NCBI RefSeq assembly: GCF_004010195.1
Contig: NC_057719.1
Coordinates: 20,287,433-20,351,432 of the forward strand
Direction: 5' to 3'
DNA length: 64,000 nt
DNA from: Chiloscyllium plagiosum
Taxonomy: Eukaryota
In this document: piece after piece, positions 51,395 to 63,100 of the stretch
Layout of the letters: each line of letters opens with the position of its first letter
How positions within the stretch are numbered: the stretch's first letter is position 1
Made by a program: the position numbers and the translations under genes
The notes under the pieces: generated by a model
Seen by the model: the letters and a program-made list of their open reading frames with translations, nothing else
What the model was told of the DNA's origin: nothing
Databases searched by the model: none

Positions 51395-51797
51395 AGAGTG
51401 TGGATTAGTGGTGCTGGAAGAGCACAGCAGTTCAGGCAGCATCCGAGGAGCAGTAAAATCGACGTTTCGGGCAAAAGCCCTTCATCAGGAATAAAGGCAG
51501 AGAGACTGAAGCGTGGAGAGATAAGCTAGAGGAGGGTGGGGGTGGTGGGGTTGAAGTGTTCCGAGGTTGAAGATGAGGCGTTCTTCCTCCAGGCGTCTGG
51601 TGGTGAGGGAGCGGCGGCCCAAGACCTCCATGTCCTCAGCTGAGTGGGAGGGGGAGTTGAAATGTTGGACCACAGGGTGGTGTGGTTGATTGGTGCGGGT
51701 GTCCCGGAGATGTTCCCTATAGCACTCTGCTAGGAGGCGTCCAGTCTCCCCAATGTAGAGGATACTGCATCGGGAGCAACGGATACAATAAATGTTG
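51395..51797 (-). mobile_element. Penelope-like element 3' part (family A) with GIY-YIG relic
   Basis: IYCIRCSRCSILYIGETGRLLAECYREHLRDT...QHFNSPSHS...RRLEEERLIFNLGTLQP. Confidence 0.9.
51461..51488 (-). ncRNA. Minimal hammerhead ribozyme motif, intact core
   Basis: CTGATGA-A-GGGC-TTTT-GCCC-GAAAC-GTC. Confidence 0.85.
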
Positions 51798-52144
51798 ATT
51801 TACGGAAGTACAGATATGGGTGGTAGTCAAATTAAAACTGGCTGGTAAATCATTTTTTATATTCATATTTTATATAACAGAACACAGACAGAAACATCTA
51901 CGGCAATTGAAACAGAATCCATCAAGGATTGCATAGAGGAAAGACACCGTGAGAGCATCAGTGGAAACATTTAAACTGCTTCCTGAAGCATAACGTTTAA
52001 AAAAGATGAGAACATGGAGGTAGGGGACATGAAATCAAAGCAATTTCACCAGAAAACCCTAAACAACAGAAAGAAACTTTAAAGTGAAAGGATCTTCGAG
52101 AAAATGTTTATATTTTCACTACAGTCAGAGCTTAAAAATAATCA

Positions 52145-52650
52145 TGATTTGGAGATGCCGGTGTTGGACTGGGGTGTACAAAGTTAAAAATCACACAACA
52201 CCAGGTTATAGTCCAACAGGTTTAATTGGAAGCACTAGCTTTTGGAGCGTCGCTCCTTCATCAGGTGGTAGAGGAGGGTTCAATGCTAACACACAGAATT
52301 CATAGCAAAAACTTACAGTGTGATGTAACTGAAGTTATGCATTGAAAAATTGATTGTCTGTTAAGCCTTTCATCTGTTAGAATACCATGATAACAGCTAA
52401 CCCGAGAATGCAACTTTTTAAAAAACGTTTTGTGAAAGAAGTGAAATTATCACAGTATTCTAACAGATGAAAGGCTTAACAATCAATTTTTCAATGTATA
52501 ATTTCAATTATATCACACTGTAAATGTTTGCTATAAATTCTGTGTGTTAGGATCGAGCCCTCCGCTACCATCTGATGAAGGAGCGACGCTCCGAAAGCTA
52601 GTGTGCTTCCAATTAAACCTGTTGGACTATAACCTGGTGTTATGTGATTT
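52145..52650. mobile_element. Fold-back Penelope-like insertion (family C)
   Basis: ~200-bp inverted arms, ~40-nt tail on left arm, duplication TTAAAAA(T/C)AATCA (52132-52144, 52651-52663); PLE assignment rests on the hammerhead and architecture, no ORF seen. Confidence 0.8.
52572..52600 (+). ncRNA. Minimal hammerhead ribozyme motif (family C), intact core
   Basis: CTGATGA-A-GGAGC-GAC-GCTCC-GAAA-GCTA with CAT/GTG stem I; inverted partner 52236-52264 has GAAA>AAAA. Confidence 0.8.
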
Positions 52651-53599
52651 TTAAAAACAATCAAACTGAGAATTCACTCCAGGCCAGACTCTGTCAGCAA
52701 GTTTAACTTTAGGGAAATTTTTGAAGAAGAACAACAGCCATAACTATTTTTACTATTTTTGCATCAATCAGCAAACAACTTGGAAACGATAATATAGTAC
52801 AGAAGATGAAGCAAATGTACTGAGAATGAAACTATTGAGGCAGTAGAGTGAAAGAATGTGGAGGTATAATTGATGGGATCAAAGAAAATATTTGATGTAT
52901 CTCAAGACCTGGAAATAGCTGCAGCTGACAATTATACAACAGCTTCATAGAACTGAGAAGCTGATGCAATCCCGTTGACCTGAAACAATCTAAAAATGTC
53001 CTTATGTGTTTATATATGTTGTCATCTGGTATTAACCTTTAGCTTAGTGTGAATACTCTTGCCTTTAAGTCAGAAGGTTTTGAGTTTGAACTGTGACTTT
53101 CAAGTGCACCTGAAAAAATAATGACCAAGTCAATATCAGGAATGTCAGAAAGACAATGAATTATTTTGATATACACTGTGAAACAGTGGACATTTTAATC
53201 AATGAAACTGTTCCACTATGACATTCTTGAGTTATCAGGTACTGTAACAGCGGCATTGGGTTAAAACTTAATAGGAAAAGATCACCTTAAGAACATTAAA
53301 CCTTTTATTACTTTTTCTTTGTGCTGAGTACTATCCCTTTGTAATTGCGAGCTTATGCTTGTATGTGGGCATTTTAGATAGATAGAAATTTATTGTTCCT
53401 TGTATTTGGTGCAAATACAGTAAAATGAATGTCATGTCATTTGATGTCTTGTCTGTTATTTTTCTAGTGTGAGTAACTAATAAACTCAGTCTTCCTTTCA
53501 CTGAAGATAACCTTGTTTTTGTGTCTGTATTATTTCTGATTAACTCATTTATTAGATTTAAATTGGAGTGATATATAGCTGTGTGCCAAAAAGAGCATA

Positions 53600-53945
53600 A
53601 ATAATGAAGGGCATGGAGAGAATAAATAGACAAGGTACTTTCCTTGGTGTGGGGAAGTCCTGAACTAGAGGGCATAGGTTTAGAGCGAGAGAAGAAAAAT
53701 TTAAAAGGAACATAGGGGAAAATTTTTCATGCAGAGAATGAACTGCCAGAGGAAGTGTTGGAGGCTGGTACAATTATAACATTTAAAAGGCATCTGGATG
53801 GGTTTGTGAATAGGAAAGATTTAGAGGGATAAGGGCCAAGTGCTGGCAAATGGAACTAGATTAGGTTAGGATATCTGGTCAGCATTGACAAGTTGGACTG
53901 AAGGGTCTGTTTCCGTGCTGTGCATCTCTATTACTCTATGAGTTT
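53600..53945 (+). mobile_element. HER1/CR1 3' fragment
   Basis: GAACTAGAGGGCATAGGTTTA...GGGTCTGTTTCCGTGCTGTGCATCTCTA. Confidence 0.88.
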
Positions 53946-55354
53946 ATGATAAATTGAGGAGGTTGAAGAGAGTAAAGCTGAATCATGCCTCCTTTTCTTG
54001 GCCATAGAAAGTGTTTTCAGCTATTTATGCAATTATTTCTCTTATGTTACGACATGGACTTTGTGGCATAAACAATTGTGTTTATGCACTTGCTTAAAAA
54101 GTTTTGAATTCATTTGAATCTCAAAAATGGCATGGACTGCAGACTATGGTATGGCTGAGAAATACATTTTGCTAGCTTTTATAAAAAATTTTGGAATGGG
54201 ATTCAATGCAGACATGTGAACGTAGATGTTTACTGCCCCAATTTCACTGGGCAGAAGTCAGAGGTATAAATGAATATATTAGTACAAGTATGTACAATGC
54301 TACTGTCAACCCCAAAATAACGGGGTAATTTAAATATAGCTCAGTTCTAGGCTAGCTTAACTGAACTGAAGTCCTGATGAGGGCCATACCAAAGCTTCAA
54401 CTTAATTTCTCTTTCAACAAGATTTAATAGTATTCTTTCCTACCACTTTAAAAGCCACCCAATGTTTAGAGTTAAAATTCACTGAAGCAATATAATGTTT
54501 TCATTTTGCATTACCTTATACTTGGCCTTTTTAAAACAGGACATCAGACTAAGTGGCTGCATCATGGCACGCCAAATCTATAGTATTGTTTATAGCTACT
54601 GGGTAGCAATACAGGATGAATGCCACCTTTACTTATGTCATTTGTGATCAGTCATTGTCATTGGAAGGGAACCTGTGTTTTGAGTTATGTTCAGTCTCGA
54701 TTTTTAACACAACAATAATTTTGAACATTGATCTAATATGACAAGCCTCTTAGTAATACCCTTAAAAGTTTGAGCATTATTGGTGGAGTGTAAATGTAAA
54801 CATGGAACTTATTTGAATGCTTTTTAACAAATGACTTTTTATTGTAGATAACTTGTACATTTATTAAAACCTTTACATTGGGTTCCATACTGAAGTAAAG
54901 TAGCAATTCCAGGTAGCTGCTTTTGTTGTATAACTTATTTTGTTTTTTTCTTTCATTTTATAAGGCTTCAAATAAAATAGCTTTGAAAGTAAATTAAATG
55001 AATTTAAACTGAAATTGAATTGAATATTAATCTCAAATGTGTCTGCAGATGTGCAGGCTGAAAGTTCTTTTGAAATAAGAAATGGAAATATGATTTAATT
55101 AATCAAAGACTTCAGATATATGGAGTCCTTTCATACAAACAATGACTGACATTTTCTCCCACTTTCATATATTGTTAATATTCCAAAATATTTCTTCATT
55201 TTCATTCATGTCCATTGATTCATGTTTTATCAAGTGCTACAAATGTAATTGAGGCAGCTAAAGGCAGGTAAATGGTGTCATTTACCAACCTGATTCACAC
55301 TGTTGGCTTCTAATGAGATCTGCTTCACTTCAAAGAGTATTTCATCTGATTCAT

Positions 55355-55635
55355 CTTACTTTTTTTTTCTTTTTTTCTTTGATTTCTGTCCTTTTTTTCC
55401 TTTCATTTTTTTCCTTTATTTTCTATTTCCCTTTCTCTTTCCCTTCATTTTTTCCCTTTCTTTCCCATCTTCCTTTCCCATCTTTTTTTTCTGTTCTTTT
55501 AATTTTTTCTTTTATCCTTTCATAACCTTCTTTTCTTTCTTTCCTTCCATTCCTTTATTTTCTTACTTTTTGTTCTCTTCTTTTTTCTTTCTTTTTTTTC
55601 CCTTTCTTTTCTTTTCATTCTTTTCTTTCTTTCTA
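55355..55635. repeat. T/C-rich low-complexity tract
   Basis: ~280 bp almost entirely T and C. Confidence 0.95.
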
Positions 55636-55791
55636 CCTTGCTACCTACATGCATCAACTAAAATGGCTGTTTATCCATTGAACATTCGGGACTGCACTGG
55701 CACTGGAGCAGGTGCGTAGTAAAAGGTTGCGTGCGTAATGTATTTCTATTTCTTCATTCTAATAGCAGAAAGTCAGCCATTCTTCACAATG

Positions 55792-56002
55792 ATTTGGAGA
55801 TGCCGGTGTTGGACTGAGGTGTACAAAGTTAAAAATCACACAACACCAGGTTATAGTCCAACAGGTTTAATTGGAAGCACACTAGCTTTCGGAGTGTCGT
55901 TCCTTCATTCACTCTTCACCTGATGAAGGATTGACGCTCCGAAAGCTAGTGTGCTTCCAATTAAACCTGTTGGACTATAACTTGGTGTTGTGTGATTTTT
56001 AA
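55792..56002. mobile_element. Fold-back Penelope-like insertion (family C), minimal form
   Basis: Inverted arms meeting at the hammerhead cores (plus motif 55920-55948); perfect 14-bp duplication CATTCTTCACAATG (55778-55791, 56003-56016). Confidence 0.85.
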
Positions 56003-56839
56003 CATTCTTCACAATGGTCTCCTAATGGACATAGTTGCTCTTGGGAAAATCAGGCCTGTGGCCCTTACCATAAAATGGTACACATTAAAGTTGAAGCTGA
56101 GAAATGAGCTGCAGCGTAAAAACATGGTGCAAATATTACTCCTTAATATACTAACAATGGTGGCAAACAATATAAAACCACCCAACTTGTAAATCACTGT
56201 TCTTGTTATTATTGTATAAATGTAATTGTTGATTGCTTTCACAATGACATGTTCTCGAAGGAGCAACTCTTACAGGGAGAGAGTGCTTAGATTGGTTAAA
56301 AAAAAATAACAGCTCCAATAATTTCTTTGTCAACTGAAGGGCAGAAGTTTGAAGATTGAGGCCAGACTTGTGACCATATAAATCTGTCATTCATTTGTGA
56401 AACCGTCAAACCACAAGGTTCCAGTGAGAAATGAGCTGTTTTGTGACCAGCAGCCAAGACAAATCAATTCATTCAAATGTACCCGTCAAATACAAAGATC
56501 ATCTACTTATCACATATTCAAGGCATCCAAAATGCATTTCAATTAATTAATATCGTTTGTAGCGCCAGGCGTTTTTGATTTGCAGGCAAATGCAAGTGCC
56601 AATTAATATTCAGTAACGGGAAATTGTGAGGTAGGTTGGTATGATATAAATAATTTATTTTAAATTCTAAAATAATATTGTTATTAATTTAGAACTTGGA
56701 TTTGAAAACCAATAGATTAGAATACATTAGAATAGAAAAGTCTTTATTGTCACGATCACTCATTGAGTGAAGAGAAAAGTTTGTAATGTCGCCTCTCGCC
56801 ATCTTAGGTATAGAGTACCTAGGTAGAGAGACCATAAGG

Positions 56840-57045
56840 GTGCCCAGAAGGCAGATGAGGCCAAGTCTCTGGATACTTTCAAGAAAGAGATGGACAGAGC
56901 TCTTAAAGATAGTGGAATCAAGAGTTATGGGGATAAGGCAGGAACAGGATATTGATTGTGGATAATCAGCCACGATCATAATGAATGATGGTGTGGGCCC
57001 GAAAGGCTGAATGGCCTACTCCTGCACCTATTGTCTACTATCTAT
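56840..57045 (+). mobile_element. CR1 3' end fragment
   Basis: GAGGCCAAGTCTCTGGATACTTTCAAGAAAGAGATGGACAG...GAATGGCCTACTCCTGCACCTATTGTCTA. Confidence 0.85.
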
Positions 57046-57171
57046 TAATTGTCAGTTAATTATGAATCCTTTTCCAATATGATGCCCATGCCCACTGGCT
57101 TCAGAACATAAAGCAACGCTGCTTCCTCAGGCTGGTCTCTGTCCAGGACTCCTTCTGCTGCCTCTCCATCT

Positions 57172-60100
57172 CTGGCTCCGTGCCATATCTAGGACTCGGC
57201 CCTGTGCTCGCTCTGCTTCCCGTTCTGGGACCCTGCCCTGTGATCGCTCTGCTCCTCACTCTGGGACTCGGTCCTGTGCTCGCTTTACTTCCCACTCCGG
57301 GACATGGCTCTGTGCTCGCTCTGCTCCCTGCTCCGGGACTCAGCCCTGAGCTCGCTCTGCTCCCTGCTCTGGGATTCGGCCCTGTACTCGCTCTGCTCCC
57401 TGCTCCAGGACTCGGCCCTGTGCTCGCTCTGCTCCCTACTCCAGGACTCGGTCCTGTACTCGCTCTGCTCCCCGCTCCGAGACTCGGCCCTGTACTCGCT
57501 CTGCTCCCTATTCCGGGATTCGGCCCTGAGATCGCTCTAGCTCCCTACTCCAGGACCCGGCCCTGTGCTCACTCTGCTCCCTGCTCCAGGACTCGGCCCT
57601 CTGCCCGCTCTGCTCCCCGCTCCAGGACCCGGCCCTGTACTCGCTCTGCTCCCTACTCCAGGATTCGGACCAGTGCTCGCTCTGCTCCCCGCTCCGGGAC
57701 TCGGACCAGTACTCGCTCTGCTCCCCGCTCCAGGTCCTGGCCCCGTACTTGCTCTGCTCCCTGCTCCAGGACTCGGCCCTGTGCTCGCTCTGCTCCCTAC
57801 TCCGGGACCTGGCCCTGTGCTCGCTCTGCTCCCTACTCCAGGACTCGGAACTGTGCTCGCTCTGCTCCCTGCTCTGGGACTCGGCCCTGTACTCGCTCTG
57901 CTCTGTACTCCGGGACTCGGCACTTTACTCGCTCTGCTCCCTGCGCCGGGGCTCGCCCCTGTGCTCACACTGCTCCCCGCTCCGGGACGCGGCCCTGTGC
58001 TTGCTCTGCTCCCCGCTACGGGACTCGGCCCTGAGCTCGCTCTGCTCCCTACTCCGGGACTCAGCCCTGTGCTCGCTCTGCTCCCCACTCCGGGACTCGG
58101 CCCTGTGCTCGCTCTGCTCCCCGCTCGGGACTCGGCCATTTACTCGCTCTGCTCCTCACTCCGGGACTCGGCCCCATGCTCGCTCTGCTCCCTACTCCGG
58201 GACTCGGCCCTGTGCTCGCTCTGCTCCCTACACCGGGATCGGCCATTTACTCGCTCTGCTCCTCACTCCGGGACTCGGCCCCATGCTCGCTCTGCTCCCT
58301 ACTCCGGGACTCGGCCCTGTGCTCGCTCTGCTCCCCGCTCNNTACTCGCTCTGCTCCCCGCTCCGGGACTTGGCCCTGTACTCGCTCTGCTCCCCACTCC
58401 AGGACTCGGCCCTGAGCTCTCTCTGCTCCCCGCTCCGGGACTCGGCCCTGTACTCACTCTGCTGCCCACTCCAGGACTCGGCCCTGCACTTGCTCTGCTC
58501 CCCGCTCCGGGACGCGGCCCTGTTCTCGCTCTGCTCCCCACTCCAGGACTCGGCCCTGAGCTCACTCTGCTCCCCGCTCCGGGACTCGGCCCTGTACTCG
58601 CACTGCTCCCCGCTCCAGGACTTGGCCCTATGCTCGCTTTGCACCCTGCTCTGGGACTCGGCCCTGAGCTTGCTCTGCTCCCCGCTCCTGGACTCGGCCC
58701 TGTACTCGCACTGCTCCCCACATCCAGGACTCGGCCCTGTACTCGCTCTGCTCCGGGCTCCGAGACTCAGCCCTGTACTCGCTCTGCTCCCCACTCCGGG
58801 ACTTGGCCCTGTACACGCTCTGCTCCCCGCTCCGGGATGCGGCCCTGTACTTGCTCTGCTCCCTACTCCAGGACTCGGCCCTGAGCTCACTCTGCTCCCC
58901 GCTCCGGGACTCAGCCCTGAGCTCACTCTGCTCCCCGTTCCGGGACTCGGCCCTGTACTCGCTCTGCTCCCCACTCCAGGACTCGGCCCTGTACTCGCTC
59001 TGCTCCTCGCTCCGAGACTTGGCCCTGAGCTCACTCTGCTCCACACTCCAGGACTCGGCCCTGAGCTCACTCTGCTCCCAGCTCCGGGACTCGACCCTGT
59101 ACTCGCTCTGCTCCCCACTCCAGGACTTGGCCCTGAGCTCACTCTGCTCCCCGCTCCGGGACTCGACCCTGTACTCGCTCTGCTCCCCACTCCAGGACTT
59201 GGCCCTGAGCTCACTCTGCTCCCCGCTCCGGGACTCGGCCCTGTACTCGCTCTGCTCCTCGCTCCGAGACTCGGCCCTGAGCTCGCTCTGCTCCCCACTC
59301 CAGGACTCGGCCCTGAGCTCACTCTGCTCCCAGCTCCGGGACTCGACCCTGTACTCGCTCTGCTCCCTACTCCGGGATTCGGCCCTGAGCTCACTCTGCT
59401 CCCCGCTCCAGGACTCGGCCCTGTACACGCTCAGCTCCCCGCTCCGGGACCCGGCCCTGTGCTCGCTTTGCACCCCACTCCGGGATTCGGCCTTGAGCTC
59501 GCTCTGCTCCCAGCTCGGGGACCCGGCCCTGTACTCGAACTGCTCCCCACAACCGGGACTCGGCCCTGAGCTCGCTTTGCTCCCGGCTCCGAGACTCGGC
59601 CCTGTACTCGAACTGCTCCCCACTTCCGGGACTCGGCCCTGTACTCGCTCTGCTCCCGGCTCCGAGACTCGGCCCTGTACTCGCTCTGCTCCTCGCTCCG
59701 GGACCCGGCCCTGTGCTCGCTCTGTTCCCCGCTCCGGGACTCGGCCCTGTACTTGCACTGCTCCCCGCTCCGGGACTCGGCCCTGTGCTCGCTTTGCTCC
59801 CCGCTCCGATACTCAGCCCTGTACTCGCTCTGCTCCTCGCTCCGGGACCCGGCCCTGTGCTCGCTCTGCTCCCCGCTCCGGGACCCGGACCTGTGTTCGC
59901 TCTGCTCCCCGTTCCGGGACTCGGCCCTGTGTTCGCTCTGCTCCCCGCTCCGGGACCCGGCCCTGTTCTCGCTCTGCTCCCCGCTCCGAGACCCATGCCT
60001 GTGCTCGCTCTGCTCCCCGCTCCGGGACTCGGCCCTGTGCTCGCTCTGTTCCCCGCTCCGGGACTCGGCCGTGTACTTGCACTGCTCCCCACTCCGGGAC

Positions 60101-63100
60101 TCGGCCCTGTGCTCGCTCTGCTCCCCGCTCCGGGATTTGGCCCTGTGCTCGCTCTGCTCCCTGTTCCGTGATTTGGCCCTGTTCTCGCTCAGCTCCCCAC
60201 TCCGGGACTCGGCCCTGAGCTCGCTCTGCTCCCTACTCCGGGACCCAGCCCTGTGCTCGCTCAACTCTCCCCTCCGGGACCTGGCTCTGTTCTCGCTCTG
60301 CTCCCCACTCCGGGACTCGGCCCTGTGCTCGCTCTGCTCCCCGCTCGGGACACGGCCCTGTGTTCGCTCTGCTCCTCACTCCGGGACTCGGCCCCATGCT
60401 CGCTCTGCTCCCTACTCCGGGACTCGGCCCTGTGCTCGCTCTGCTCCCTACACCGGGACTCGGCCCTTTACTCGCTCTGCTCCTCGCTCCGGGACTCGGC
60501 CCTGTACTCGCACTGCTCCCCACTCCAGGACTCGGCTCTGAGCTCACTCTGCTCCCCGCTCCAGGAATTCGGCCTTGAGCTCACTTTGCTCCCCGCTCCG
60601 GGACTTAGCTCTGTACTCGCTCTACTCCCCAATCCAGGACTCGGCCCTCTACTCGCTCTGCTCCCCGCTCCGGGACTCGGCCCTGTACTCGCTCTGCTCC
60701 CCACTCCAGGACTCGGCCCTCTACTCGCTCTGCTCCCCGCTCCGGGACTCGGCCCTGTACTCACACTGCTGCCCACTCCAGGACTCGGCCCTGCACTTGC
60801 TCTGCTCCCCGCTCCGGGACGCGGCCCTGTTCTCGCTCTGCTCCCCACTCCAGGACTCGGCCCTGAGCTCACTCTGCTCCCCGCTCCGGGACTCGGCCCT
60901 GTACTCGCACTGCTCCCCGCTCCAGGATTTGGCCCTATGCTCGCTTTGCACCCTGCTCTGGGACTCGGCCCTGTGCTTGCTCTGCTCCCCGCTCCTGGAC
61001 TCGGCCCTGTACTCGCACTGCTCCCCACATCCGGGACTCGGCCCTGTACTCGCTCTGCTCCCCGCTCTGGGACGCGGCCCTGTACTCGCTCTGCTCCCTA
61101 CTCCAGGACTCGGCCCTGAGCTCACTCTGCTCCCCGCTCCGGGACTCAGCCCTGAGCACACTCTGCTCCCCGTTCCGGGACTCGGCCCTGTACTCGTTCT
61201 GCTCCCCACTCCAGGACTCGGCCCTGTACTCGCTCTGCTCCTCGCTCCGAGACTCGGCCCTGTGTTCGCTCTGCTCCCCGTTCCGGGACTCGGCCCTGTG
61301 TTCGCTCTGCTCCCCGCTCCGGGATCCGGCCCTGTTCTCGCTCTGCTCCCCGCTCCGAGACCCATGCCTGTGCTCACTCTGCTCCCCGCTCCGGGACTCG
61401 GCCCTGTGCTCGCTCTGTTCCCCGCTCCGGGACTCGGCCGTGTACTTGCACTGCTCCCCACTCCGGGACTCGGCCCTGTGCTCGCTCTGCTCCCCGCTCC
61501 GGGATTTGGCCCTGTGCTCGCTCTGCTCCCTGTTCCGTAATTTGGCCCTGTTCTCGCTCAGCTCCCCACTCCGGGACTCGGCCCTGAACTCGCTCTGCTC
61601 CCTACTCCGGGATTCGGCCCTGAGCTCACTCTGCTCCCCGCTCTGGGACTCGGCCCTGAGTTCGCTCTGCTCCCCGCTCGGGACCCGGCCCTGTGCTCGC
61701 TCTGTTCCCCGCTCCGGGACACGGCCCTGTGTTCGCTCTGCTCCCCGCTCCAGGACCCGGCCCTGTTCTCGCTCTGCTCCCCGCTCCGGGACCCAGCCCT
61801 GTGCTCGCTCTGCTCTCCACTCTGGGACCCGGCCCTGTGCTCGCTCTGCTCCCCACATCCGGGACTCGGCCCTGTACTCGCTCTGCTCCGGGCTCCGAGA
61901 CTCGGCCCTGTACTCGCTCTACTCCCCACTAGAGGACTCGGACTGGTACTCGCTCCGCTCCCCGCTCCGGGACGCGGCCCTGTTCTCGCTCTGCTCCCCA
62001 CTCCAGGACTCGGCCCTGAGCTCACTCTGCTCCCCGCTCCGGGACTCGGCCGTGTACTCGCACTGCTCTCTGCTCCAGGACTTGGCCCTGAGCTCACTCT
62101 GCTCCCCGCTCCTGGACTCGGCCCTGAGCTCACTTTTTTCCCCGCTCCGGGACTCGGCCCTGTACTTGCTCTGCTTCCTGCTCCGAGACTCGGCCCTGGA
62201 CTCGCTCTGCTCCCCACTCCAGGACTCGGCCCTGAGCTCACTTTTTTCCCCGCTCCGGGACTCGGGCCTGTACTCGCTCTGCTCCCCACTCCGGGACTTG
62301 GCCCTGTACACGCTCTGCTCCCCGCTCCGGGATGCGGCCCTGTACTTGCTCTGCTCCCTACTCCAGGACTCGGCCCTGAGCTCACTCTGCTCCCCGCTCC
62401 GGGACTCAGCCCTGAGCTCACTCTGCTCCCCGTTCCGGGACTCGGCCCTGTACTCGCTCTGCTCCCCACTCCAGGACTCGGCCCTGAGCTCACTCTGCTC
62501 CCCGCTCCGGGACTCGGCCCTGTACTCGCTCTGCTCCCTACTCCGGGATTCGGCCCTGAGCTCACTCTGCTCCCCGCTCCAGGACTCGGCCCTGTACACG
62601 CTCAGCTCCCCGCTCCGGGACCCGGCCCTGTGCTCGCTTTGCACCCCGCTCCGGGACTCGGCCTTGAGCTCGCTCTGCTCCCAGCTCGGGGACCCGGCCC
62701 TGTACTCGAACTGCTCCCCACAACCGGGACTCGACCCTGAGCTCGCTTTGCTCCCCACATCCGGGACTCGGCCCTGTACTCGCTCTGCTCCCGGCTCCGA
62801 GACTCGGCCCTGTGCTCGCTCTGCTCCTCGCTCCGGGACTCGGCCCTGTGCTCGCTCTGCTCCCCGCTCCGGGACTCGGCCCTGTATTCGCTCTGCTCCT
62901 CGCTCTGGGACCCCGCCCTGTGCTCGCTCTGTTCCCCGCTCCGGGACCCGGCCCTGTGTTCGCTCTGCTCCCCGTTCCGGGACTCGGCCCTGTGTTCGCT
63001 CTGCTCCCCGCTCCGGGACCCGGCCCTGTGCTCGCTCTGCTCCCCGCTCCGGGACTCTGCCCTGTACTCGCTCTGCTCCCCGCTCCGGGACTCTGCCCTG

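Noticed and set aside
55303..55719. Phe-rich 138-aa ORF
   Set aside because: Translation of the T/C tract
56627..56648. let-7-like TGAGGTAGGTTGGTATG
   Set aside because: Only the seed matches, TAG is missing, and no complementary hairpin arm is evident
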